Assembly (NCBI GenBank): GCA_040954595.2
Contig: CM082580.2
Coordinates: forward strand, 7,976,390 to 8,040,389
Length of the DNA: 64,000 nucleotides
Direction of reading: 5' to 3'
Source of the DNA: Balanoglossus misakiensis
Lineage: Eukaryota > Animalia > Hemichordata
Below, piece by piece: positions 52,549 through 64,000 of the stretch. Made by a program: the position numbers and the translations under genes. Below the pieces are notes generated by a model. That model saw nothing but the letters and a program-made list of their open reading frames with translations, was not told the DNA's origin and did no database searches. Every line of letters starts with the position of its first letter. The stretch's first letter is position 1.

Positions 52549-55500
52549 TCGTCTTCAGCAGGCTTGATAATGTGCTCAGGCCCAAATTCACTATTTTGTC
52601 TTCATGGATGGTACACACGAACTGTGTTTTCAGCATTGTGTTGACAATATGTGACAGCACAGTGAACACTAGTACTGTCACGCACATCTGCATTATGCAT
52701 GTAGCATAATTGCCTGGTATCAATTTCAGGGCCCTTTGTGTATTGGCAAAGTTTATCCAAGTTTTGAAAAAGTGTTTACTTGTAGCCCGCATATAACAAG
52801 GCTTGTCTGCATCACTTGTCAGACTCTTATCTCTAAACAGGCATGCACATGATCTGGTCCACTTGTGAAGCTTCTGTGCTTTGATTACACATCTGCATAT
52901 ACTCTCACGTGACCTTTGACCTCAGTGAGGGCCAGTGATTGCCAATTGTTCCCTGAAGTGGTGACTGACTCGATTGGGCGGGGGTCAGCAGACTTTGCTT
53001 TTGACCTTGCCCCTCTGAGTGAAAACAGAAACACCAGATCGAACTGTCGTGTGTCTACACATGTGTATGATTGTGTTGTAGACTATCTAATCAATGTGTT
53101 GCAAGCACTCGCATATACTCACATGTTTGTGTCGTGTTGTTTTGTGATGTGTTGCATTGTCTAGTGTTGTGTCATGTCAAATTGTGTAGTGTTGTGCAGT
53201 GTTGTGTTATATAGTGTCATGCCATGTCTTGTCGTGTTGTGTATTTATCCTCTGTTTGTTTTATATCAACAAAATAAATTGCCTTTGGGCTTTCTTGAGA
53301 TTCAAACTTCACCTTGATCAAGAGATACGCTGTTTACAACCTGAATATGTGTGACCTGAAAAAAGATTACCATGTAGTATTTACACACGTGATGAATTGC
53401 ATATTCCCTTATCTGACCAAACAGCCTTGTGTTGCTATTCCTGAAACTGCCTGTTTTGTACGTTGCATCCTTAACATTGGCAACAGTACGGCCTATTATA
53501 ACTCATAGTGACTACTTCAAATTTGGGGTTAAACCACTTGACATAGGTGAGGGGGTTGCACTACCCAGCCTAAACACTGCCGTATGTACTGCAGCCTTAA
53601 ATGTGAGTCATGACATGGAATGCAATTTTATTGGAGCGCAGAAACAAATCAGAGGATGTGGAATTTGTTGATAATATGAGTACAAGTAGATTATAGAAGT
53701 TTACTTATGGTCACCCTAGACTGCTAACTCATGGTTCAGGCATGATATGACTTGAAAGACCATAAAAATGCAGAAGAAAATTTTCAAGATATATTCAGTC
53801 TGTGATGGAATGACCAAAGCCAATAATAATCCATCAACATGTGCACTTTACACAGTGGATGCCATTACATGCGTACAGCTGCGACAAACATAAACAGTGT
53901 CTTTTCTGTGCTGGATAGCAACAGTGAGAGAATTTTATGCTCGACTCGCATTTTTAGACCAAACCTGTAAACCTGTAACTTTTGTGGATTTGGCATCTGT
54001 CGCTATGGATACACCAGTCTGAGACTAGAATATACATGTGGACTGCACATTTGGCGCGTGTCTCCTACATCTGAATTAACAAGTACGTATAGTTGCTGTG
54101 ACCTCTCCCTCGGAGGTCAAAACAGTCAAAACCAACATCTACAAAGTTATACACAAGTAGCATACGCAAACAGTCTGGCTGTGATACTACTTGAATAATC
54201 AAGTCAAAAGTGGCAGATGGTGGAATTGTAGTTTGAGGCAGTTAATGGCCATCAGATGCACAAATAAGAAAAATCACATGCAATTAGGGTTAGAGCGCGA
54301 TATTTTTGTTAAAACAGTATATATCTCTGTACTATGAGTTGGTAATCTGTCTTGTAGGTAACAGATCTGAACAAGAAATGAAATAAATTTCACAGAAAAT
54401 GCCAAAAGTTACATGGCTTCTGTCCCTTCAAGTGTAAATTTTCTGAGTCGTAACAGAACGTCACATACTCAGTGAGAGGTACATTAGCGGAAAAGTGCAG
54501 CATGCCTATTGAAGCGTATAAATCCGCGATTTTGATCAATTGACAGTACGCATCACGATGAAGTACGTCGCCTGTCCAACTAACTGAAGAGCAAATTGTT
54601 TTTTATCTTTTACGACTCTTTGCCATGTCAAAGGCCATCAGTTTCCTGGAAATCTTCTTTACTGTAATCGTGTAAATGCACAAAAAAAGCTTTTAACCTT
54701 TCTGGTGCCATTGTCAATTCTAATTCACTTTCTGACATGTGCTAGATGCCAATTACTGTTTATTGTCTGATTTTAATACATTTCTGGTGTGAAGTTCAAA
54801 ATCGCGAAGTATAATATGATTTACGTAAACTTAATTATAAAAATCACTTGCTTTGAAATTTCATGATAAATATTCTTAAAAATTGTAAACATTTTAAAAA
54901 ATTTGAAAAGCAATTTGTTCTGTCTGTTATTGATCCTGTCGTAATGGTTTTATTTCTCTGCGTAGATAAATGGAAGTTCCAGCTCACAATGTGGTGTCGG
55001 GCAGAGAAGTCGTGCTATTGGCTGTATCGATGACAAGGGTCATGAAGTCGACCAATCACAGTGCCTGCTGAGTGTATCAGGTATGTGTGAAGTTCTCTAC
55101 AGATGCATTTGTTTCCATGGTGACTTTCAAAAGTATATTACCACGTATCATAACATCTTGACATTTTGTTGTGCTGTAGGGATTAAAAAAACAGCAGTTG
55201 GGAAGCTAAATTTTGCATACCTGTACCTAGTATATTAAAAAATGCTATTATAGAAGATTAAAGGTATATGGTCACCTCTTATTTACATATGCCCATATAT
55301 GGTAATAATGGGTGTGCGTAAGTCTTCGAATGAGCCTGTGGTGGTGCTCTTTTTTTGGCGTGGCCATCGAATTGAAAATCTGTTATTCAGGCTAGATCTC
55401 AACTTTTTGATGGTAACTTTGCATAGGTTATGAATTGATTTTTGCATGTTACCCTATTGGATACAACCGTCTATACAGTGATCTCTAAAATTCCAGGTGC

Positions 55501-58500
55501 CAGTGCTACAAAACCAGTCAGCGCCGAGGCTTGTGATTCGCCCTGTGACTGCGTTCTATCCACCTGGGGTCGCTGGTCAGAATGTTCGCAAACTTGCAGA
55601 GACGAAACGGAAATGGACATCACTGCTGCTTTCCAAACGCGCGTCAGGCAAATCGTTGTGTTGCCGGAGTACGGAGGGTCTCCCTGCCACTCCATGATCG
55701 AGAAACGACTCTGCGATATGACGGCGTTGCCGCGATGCCCAGGGTTTCGCTGGCACGCAGAGGCGTGGGGTGTCTGCCGCGTCGCTCTTCTGGAAGCCGA
55801 GGGTGCCTGCGGAGCCGGACAGCAGAGGAGGCAGGTCTACTGCGTTGGGGATGACCATGACAGGCAACCAGTTGAGGATACTTTTTGTCTCAAGGGTAAG
55901 TTTGCTAACCTCAGATCTACCCATATCACTATAATCTTTCAACAGTCACCCCAGTATAGTATTGTGCAAAATTACGTAAACCAGCGCAGTATCATGGAAA
56001 CCCCAAAGGATCATGCCATATTTTGTTTACTTGCTCGTATTCAAATTGATGTAACTTGCTTATATCACATTTAGGCTTCAAATTGCACACAATTAACATA
56101 AAACTTCAATGACACAATATTTTCTAAGGTTGGATCAGCATCCTTCATTATATGTAAAGTTCTGGGATTTTTTCACCCTGCTCTCTGTATAGGCTAAAAG
56201 TTTATATAAGTTCTTTCTAGATTTGTTCATACTGTATACCTGCACTACCAAGTATATACATGTATGTATGTGAATGATTCTGTCTGTCTGTCTGTCTGTC
56301 TGCCTTCCTGCAAGCCTGACTTACTGACTGACTGAGTGTCTGTCTTTCAAAACAGCAGTATAAAAGTGTCCATTTTGGGCAAGTTCATCCAATTTCATTC
56401 AGCCTTCAGTCAGCCGTACCTTGCCTGCATAGTGTCAACAACTAAAGCTATCCAATCGACATTTTTAGTGCTTGCTAAATAGAGGACTTTTGGCCTTGTG
56501 GTTTATGGTTTCTAGCTGTAATTGACCTGCCTTCAGAGTACATTGATGAACATCTGATAAAGTGTGTTTGTACAATACATTTTCAAGCACTATTCATTTT
56601 GGTACAATGGCCGGCATTTGCAACTTGAAGGGTTACACCTTTTAACTTTAACAGAAAACAGCCTTGTGTGGTTCTAATCTCATGCGAAGGGCAAGTCCAT
56701 TCGCCAGTGATGGCAACTCAGGGTGCCATGGCAACCAGGAGGAGCCATACTCTTCCTGAGAGTCTGGCTCTGATAAACTGTAGTGTCGTTCCCTGTTGTC
56801 AGTGACAATCACAGGAAGTTCAGTGAAAAGAAAATATTTCATCCATTGTTTGTTTGACAATGACACATCCATTGGGAGCAATGTCCTGTTAAAACCCCAT
56901 TGATTGAACCTTGAAAAAATATTTACAATTTGTACTCTGTGTTATTACTAGAACTATAATAGTCGTATACATGTAAGACAAGAGTGTTTCAAGTTTGACA
57001 AGGTTTGGTTAATGGAAATAAGACATGACAAAATTATTTCCCTGCTCCTGCAGGAGGAAAAATGGGGAAAAAGCATTTTCTAGTAGAAAAGAGGGTTTGG
57101 AATTAAGACAGGTGTAGTACCGGTAATAGTTGTTATGGTACTCAAAAAAATGATTTCTGGTAAACTCTCTCTGTTTTGTAGGAGAATGTATGACAGAGCA
57201 CAACTGAGAATTGTGTTCAGAACAAAGCTGTGTCTATGCAATATTCATTGGCAATCTAATCTAAGGAAACTTTTAAGACAGCCATAAAGACGTTTAGTAG
57301 TTTTATGTTGCTATTTTTAAGGACATGAGGCAACTTTCAGCCAGACATTGGATGAGCTATAAAACGGCTTAGAAAGTCAATTTACATTTTGTGTTCCACA
57401 GACATGTATTGGACAATGTTTATTTCAGAGTGCATTTTGTGATTTCCTGGCAATTTCCGGCTGACCTGGCCCCCACCCACTTAATGTTGTGGTTGCAGAA
57501 AAGGAAAAAACATCTGGTAGCTGGGTAGGAGTCCTGCCATTCTCTCCTGGGCCCGTGCTGTGATGTCATTTCCTGTCACGATCACTGATAGTGCAATTGA
57601 AAGACTTCTATGGCTTTTGAGTTAGTCTGAATAGAATGGGATATGATCCAGGCATGCAGTGTACATGTCACTTTCTATGAAGAAAAGGGGGAAAATTATT
57701 GCAATGTAGCATGTGATGTATCAGATAAAATAGATGAAGATGCTATCTATATTGTGGTTTAAATGGAAGAGTTGGGTGTATATGTATTTGTGTCATTCTG
57801 TTTGTGCAAGACTGACAAATCTGTGTTTCCATCATGTGCTGAATTATGAAACATTGATAAAGCTGTTGGAAAAGGCAAAAAAAATTGATTGTGAAATGTT
57901 ACGTGAAATATTTTATCGCGGTCACAGCCACTGTAGAGTTACAGTGACTGAGGTTCGATAGATGACTCTAATAATTGTAGATCTTTTATTCATTTTATAT
58001 GAAATCTCACGCATACAAACATTTTACAAAGAGGGATGTTCTACTTTAACTACTGGTGTAGTATCTGGCTGTGTTTTGTCAAAACATGGCCAGATTCTTG
58101 ACTATGTATTCACCAACTTCTGGTCTTTTCCTACTCACCCAATAAAATAGGGCATGGTTGTAACACCCTTAATCTTAACAGGAACTGACTGTTCAGTGAG
58201 TCATGCACACATCTGCAGCTTATCAAAGGTCGACAGACCGTGTAAAAGCATGAACTTGAACTGACCAAACTTATCAGGTCAACAACAGGAGACATCGCCC
58301 CACAAATACCAGAGTCTAATTGCACGACATGTTTGCCAGAGTCCCAAGGAGGATTTGGACGTGGACTCAAGGCTACCAATTACTGGTAATCTGGAGGCCA
58401 TGCAATTATAAGTCTTTGTTTGTCCTGTGCTGGTCAGTCAGCCGTGAAGCTGTCAATCTCTGTGCCGCAGAGATTGCCTCTCAAATGGCCGCAAACTGTG

Positions 58501-61500
58501 ATGTGTATGAGTTCAGGTACAGATGTTGAGGACTAACATGCAAATTATAAAGGGCCCACAAAATGAGGTCAATGTCTTTTGAAATGCTAATTTACAGCCT
58601 TACAATATGGTATGAGAAATGTCATTAACTAGAGACTTTTTACAGAGATTCAAATAACCTTATTACAAAACCTGCCATACCAGCATTCACCTGTATTGAA
58701 ATAAAATACAATATTTAGCAAAAAAATTGAGTTTTTACAGTAGCATACAGTAACTTTACCACTGTTTTCTTCTGTTTTCATTCAGAAATGGCCAAGAATT
58801 CGAGCTACCCCAAGCCGCCTTCACACCGTGCCTGCCAGGTGCCCTGCCCACAAGACTGCCAGCTTGGAAACTGGGGCAACTGGTCGCCGTGCTCGCAAAG
58901 CTGCGGTCATGGCGGTCACAAAGTGAGAAGTCGGGAAGTGTTGGTGAGGGCGGCGCACGGTGGGGCCGAGTGTGGACCTCTTACACAAAGCACCAGGTGT
59001 GAGCCAGTGGACTGCGTGTGGTGGCATACTGGTAGGTACAGGTATACACTCCCCCCTCCCCACTGCTGAATTTTGGTTCATCCCTCAGTACCCGTTGCTT
59101 TCAGTGGGCTTAATTTGGATAGTATACATGTATCTCTCAGCTTTAAATTGGAAACATATTCTATTCTGTGAGTTTAAAAATGTACATTTGAAATCATTCA
59201 AAGTGAATTTTTTTTTGCAGGGCGATGGAGCAAATGTTTCCTTGACTACGGTTACTATGGCTGCGGCCTGGGAAGTCAGGTGCGCGTCTTGTATTGCAAA
59301 AGTGCCATGGATGAGGTGTTGGATCGGTCCAACTGCTCTCGTCTGGAGCAGCCACCACGGACCAAGGCTTGCAGGGTGCCATGTCCGTCAGACTGCGTAG
59401 TGTCAGAGTGGTCCGACTGGGGCGCTTGTTCTAGGTCGTGCGGTAAACGTGGCGGCGTGCAGATGAGGACAAGACAGATCTTAGGTGAGTGGTGGATCAG
59501 ATGTATATAGACTCTTCATCTTTATAGTTGCTGTGCCTCTGTATGTGGAACAGATTCCTGCCTCATGTAGTTCTATGTTCCACAGGACATTGTACGAGGA
59601 CGGGCTGAGAGACACCTTGACTTTCAGTCGTCGTAAGGGATTGATTTAAATGAATATTCATGAGCAACAATGATATTTTATAAAGATTTGTTCTTCATGT
59701 AATCGCAGCATCAAATACATATATGATACTAGCATAAGGACAGAGACTGACTATAGACAGTGAGAAAAATACATTTACCTGTGTGTGTTTTCTTTGCATG
59801 TTATATTTCACATCTCTCTATATTTAGCCTATGCGGATCCAGAACACAGCTCATGCCTCCCAGAAGACGAGCTGTCACAGACCCGCGTGTGCAACGAAGA
59901 CGTGTGGTGTCGTAGTTACATGTGGCAGGTTGGACCGTGGCAGGTGTGTCAGCCTTCGGAGGACGGCCTGTGTGGAGAGAAGAACGGCACACAGATGAGA
60001 ACGGTCACTTGTGAAAAAGACACGGGTAATGACGAAAAATCAGGGGGTTTTGTTGCATGGGTACATTTTGGATATATCGGTAACCATTTTGGGACAATTT
60101 TGCTCTCAATCAAAATTTTCCATGGTGGCCCCCAATTTCTCTATTTAGAGAGAACAATCTTAAGTTTTCTTGGGCAAAATATGAGAAAAACTTTTCCAGG
60201 TGCATCTACCTTTAATAAAAACTTGTAACTTGTCAATGTCATAATTCAACGTTATGTGTCGACCGTTCTTCGTGTAGGGGTACCAGTCGAGGAACATCAC
60301 TGTGATGCAGCTTCCAAGCCTAACAGCGCCAGACTTTGTAACGTATCCTGCCCCGTTGACTGTGTTCTCAGTGTGTGGACTGGTTGGTCCATCTGCAGTC
60401 AAACCTGCGGTGAAGGCTATCGATACAAAACCCAGCGAATATTACAGCTGCCAGCTCACGGAGGAACCCAATGTCCTTCAAAAGCAGATAAAAATGGTGA
60501 GATGTCTTAAGCATTCAGTTCCGATACATGCATGTGTTTGATACATTGATGCATGTATTTCCAATGCCAATATCATTTCTGTTGAAGTTCACAAATTTAG
60601 GGTCAAACAAGTAAGTTCACAAATATTGATATTGATATTGATTTCAGGCATCATTACCAAGAGGGGCAAGTGTCGAGATTTGCCACCCTGTTACAGCTAC
60701 GAGTGGCAATCCATCTCATGGAGCGACTGCACTGTCCTGGATGACCAGTGTGGCCCTGGCTACCAGACAAGAGACGTGTTCTGTCAACGAAGCGATGGAG
60801 TCACAGTTGACCACGGTAGGTTGAATATGCATGTGATTCTTCTTGTCTCGATCTGCATTATGCAAATAGTAATAATGACACCAATGCGAATGAATTGTAC
60901 AGTGTTGGACTGGTAACGTTTCTCTATTTTTCGTTCATTTCAGGAGTTTGTCTGGAACATCTTCTGTCTGCTAGGCCGCCGTCTCATCGTTCGTGTCACG
61001 TGCCATGCGCCGGCGACTGCTTGCTCTCCGAGTGGTCCAGTTTCACTCCGTGCTCCCAGACGTGTGGTGACGCGCCGGGAGTCATGGTTAGATACAGGCA
61101 CATTACCACAACAGGTCAGTATGTGCTGCTGATACATGATCAGCTGATGTTGAACCGAGTCTAAAGTTTGTCGTGCGTTACTCGTCACAATCATTTTGCA
61201 ACCAGTGGGCTGAAACTGTGATTGGAATGTCAGGCATACATACATGTACATGTGTGTATGTGATGTACCGGTATGTATATGTACATGTGTATGTGTTTAT
61301 TTACTTACTTATTTATTTATTATATTTATTCAGGCCCTACAAATAACATAAGAGAGCAGTGCCCTCACATCAGTGACCGTGACCTACAGGAGACAGTGAG
61401 CTGTCACACCAACCCATGTCCGTCGTTTCACTGGGATGTCGGAGAATGGACAAGCTGTATACTTCACAGCGATGATGAAAACCTAGGTGAGACAGCAAAA

Positions 61501-63869
61501 ATATATATACAGTAAAACCTGTGTAAACCGAACACCAAAAGGGCTGAAGAATTTTTTCTGTTTCCGTAGGTGTCCGGTTTATAGAGGTTCTTTTAACATG
61601 TGGTTCTATGTCAAAGGGACAGGAAAATGTGTTTGGTGTATAGACAGGTTTCCAGATAAGACAGGGTTTGGTTTGGACAGGTTTTGCTGTAGCTTAATTA
61701 GTTAGCTTCAGATTCTTGTGTTTATAGTCGCAGCTAATTAGGGGAGGGGACTGTAACTAATTAGGGAGAGGAGGAAATTCCAAAACAGTAAACAAAAGCA
61801 TACAATATGTTTTTTTTTAATTCAATGTACCGGTAATTGGTCAAAAGTGAATAAAAATAATGCATGTCACCATGGTGATACTTTCAGGGTTTGTTTGCCT
61901 GTTTGTGAACTGAACACAGGAAATTGGAATTTTCACAGGGACAAGAGAAAAAACGTGGCATTAGTAGAGCCTAGTCTGTGGGGTTCAACACCCTTTGTCT
62001 TACGCAAAGTCCTCAGTTTAACTCTTTTCTTGTGACCCAGACTGCAAATTAATCAGTCTCCTGGGAGTTTGGCGGAGAAATTAATGTTGGGAGGAAAAAA
62101 GGTCAGATGCATTAGCCACTGTTCACAAAGGTGGAAACGAAACTAAAAATAAATCGGGCGTGATGTTCGATTCATTCATTTGGCATCTATCTGCTCCTGA
62201 AAATAAACATTCACCATCACGTTGGGTTTCCTTACAGGCTCTTAATTGTCTTTACATCCTTGGAATTGACAAAAACATCGTCTCAGAGATGAACAACATT
62301 TGTGTTTGGCATAGTGGCAATGGAATATGCGTCATTATGCGTATGAGACTTAGTGAAGTTCCCGTGGCTCATTATTGAGAATTGTTTTTGGTCAATTAGT
62401 CAGACTTGTGTTCTACCACATGGAAAATGACAATTAATATCCTTGATGTGTCAATTTCAATTCGCTGGGAGAGATTTTTAGTCGTACAGTGTAAGCGTCA
62501 AAGCCCTGTCAGCATGTAGTGTACTATTGTCAAAGTCACGTACCCAGAAGAATCAAATATGAAAGCCAACCGCAGTCTGATGAGAGAAATATGTGTTTCA
62601 AAGTGCTTTGCACTATGACCCCTGGGGAACCTATGATATCATTCAGTCAGTTTCTTATCAGCAGACAGGGTCCAGTAGTTTTAACCTTTCGAATGCTGCT
62701 TGAAAGAAAACTTGGGTGGGTGATGTCATAGTTCATTAAGGGGTCAGGATGCGAAGGGTTAAATGCATAGAAATATCATTGAAAGTATTAATACTTGTTG
62801 TCGTTCTGTGCGTACGTATAATTAGGACTCGGTGTCTGTGGAAGTGGGGTGCAGCGCCGAAGTGTGCTTTGTCTCCGTGACGACAACCAGCATGTGGGCA
62901 GAGAACACTGTGACGGGGTGTCGTTGATGCCAGACGTACATAGACCCTGCAACGTGGAGTGCCCTCAAGACTGTGGAGTTTCGGAATGGTCTGATTGGCG
63001 GGAGTGTTCACAAGTGTGCGGGGCCGGTGAGTTTCTTGACTGTCACAGTTTGTTGTATAATTATGAGCTTCGTAATTTTTGGTCCCTTAACTATCGCAAG
63101 ATCAGAATAAAAAAAATCTCCGGGTTTTTTTTAAAAACAAAAGTTTTTTTTTCAGTGGCGTATGTGAGGGCGCTATCACATGACATTTATGTTCTCGAAA
63201 TTCTCACCGCGTCTTGTTATACGTAAAATCGAAAGGCAAAGTTAATTCCCTTTGACTTTTTTAAGGTCAGTGCGTCCATACCTGAAAAAAGTATTGACAA
63301 ACTATTGGCAATTATTCCTGGGAAATTGCATTATTTCCTTTAAAGAACAATTCCTTGAAAATCCCCCCCTAAACTCCTGGAAAGTCTTGGAGTTCTGCAT
63401 GATTATGAGTACAGGAACCCAGCCCGGGGCAATGACCAAAAATTGTCTTAATTGTTTTTATTAAGGTGTGAAAGAACGAATTAGAACAATTGTGGTACCG
63501 GCTAGAAATGGAGGAAGTATTTGCCCACCCACCACTGAAAAAGCTGTATGTTTGAACAGTCCATGTGAAATATTCGAATGGCAGGTGCATGAGGTAAGAA
63601 CTGATCAATAATTGGCTTGAATTGATATTTTATTGATGAAGTACTTTCTTCTGTCTGTTTAAATTGTTTGTTTATTAATTTAATTATGCTTTTATTGTTT
63701 GTTTACCCGTGATAGTGGAGTGTCTGTACACTGCCGGCCGATGTCAGCTGTGGCATTGGTACGCAGACAAGAGATGTTATCTGCCCAGCTGGACAGTCTC
63801 TCGAAGACCAGTGTCAGCTCGTGAAGCCTAAGCCGGAAGCTTCTAGATCTTGTGAGCTGCCGTGTCCAG
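50957..63869 (+). CDS. THSD7A: Thrombospondin type-1 domain-containing protein 7 (THSD7A/B)-like, 3'-partial. Exons: 50957-51523, 54966-55080, 55497-55895, 58786-59031, 59221-59484, 59828-60025, 60278-60496, 60648-60815, 60944-61114, 61334-61486, 62826-63026, 63466-63593, 63716-63869
   Basis: A signal-peptide-like N terminus is followed directly by alternating ADAMTS-type (W..GPW..C...CG.G.Q.R.V.C) and spondin-type (DC.LS.WS.WS.CS..CG....R.R.I...P..GG..C) TSP1 repeats, the THSD7 architecture. All 13 exons have GT-AG ends with compatible phases (mostly phase 1). No stop is reached; the gene continues past the window. A versus B cannot be resolved; it is probably a pro-orthologue of both. Confidence 0.9.
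52431..52547. repeat. (GAT)n followed by (CAT)n trinucleotide repeats (inverted microsatellite pair)
   Basis: Read directly; the switch occurs at ATGCAT 52498-52503. Confidence 0.92.
61510..61689. mobile_element. 180-bp Tc1/mariner (pogo/Tigger-type) MITE with TA TSD
   Basis: TA|CAGTAAAACCTGT...ACAGGTTTTGCTG|TA (13-bp TIR, 1 mismatch), with internal repeats of the ACAGG/GTTT motif; intronic in the THSD7-like gene. Confidence 0.8.
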
Positions 63870-64000
63870 GTAAAGATAAAGGTGTTGTCTTTTTTCAGTC
63901 TTGCTGTCCTGATGGTCATGTAAATTTGAAACCATGAAGATACAGCTTAACTCAGCCATTAACCATATTGTCCCATCAATGCATACTCAATCTGCATCTG

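Noticed and set aside
52388-52792. Poly-Asp/poly-His ORFs on both strands
   Set aside because: Translations of intronic GAT/CAT repeats with no splice support.

Overview
Eukaryotic (animal) genomic DNA, AT-rich, with spliceosomal GT-AG introns; no prokaryotic features, CRISPR arrays or rRNA/tRNA genes were seen. From left to right: (1) a five-coding-exon + strand gene (2222-6358) for a 146-aa acidic orphan protein whose last exon resembles protein-kinase subdomain XI; (2) a 13.7-kb, very homogeneous array of about 156 copies of an 88-bp unit (7647-21373), where each unit has its own terminal inverted repeats and the array is bracketed by a GGCCTA direct repeat; (3) a tandem minus-strand pair of 11-cysteine cystine-knot hormone genes, bursicon alpha-like (25205-25609, intronless CDS) and bursicon beta-like (44153-43917 joined to 39904-39752); (4) a divergently transcribed THSD7A/B-like thrombospondin type-1 repeat gene (ATG 50957, 13 coding exons here, continuing past the window end). 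Several MITEs are present (Mutator-like with 9-bp TSD, TTAA-flanked piggyBac-like and Kolobok-like, TA-flanked Tc1/pogo-like), plus microsatellites. Bursicon is absent from vertebrates and these copies are diverged from arthropod ones, so a non-arthropod marine invertebrate (perhaps hemichordate or echinoderm) is likely. That taxonomic call is inference. All family assignments come from manual reading and recalled motifs, not database searches.
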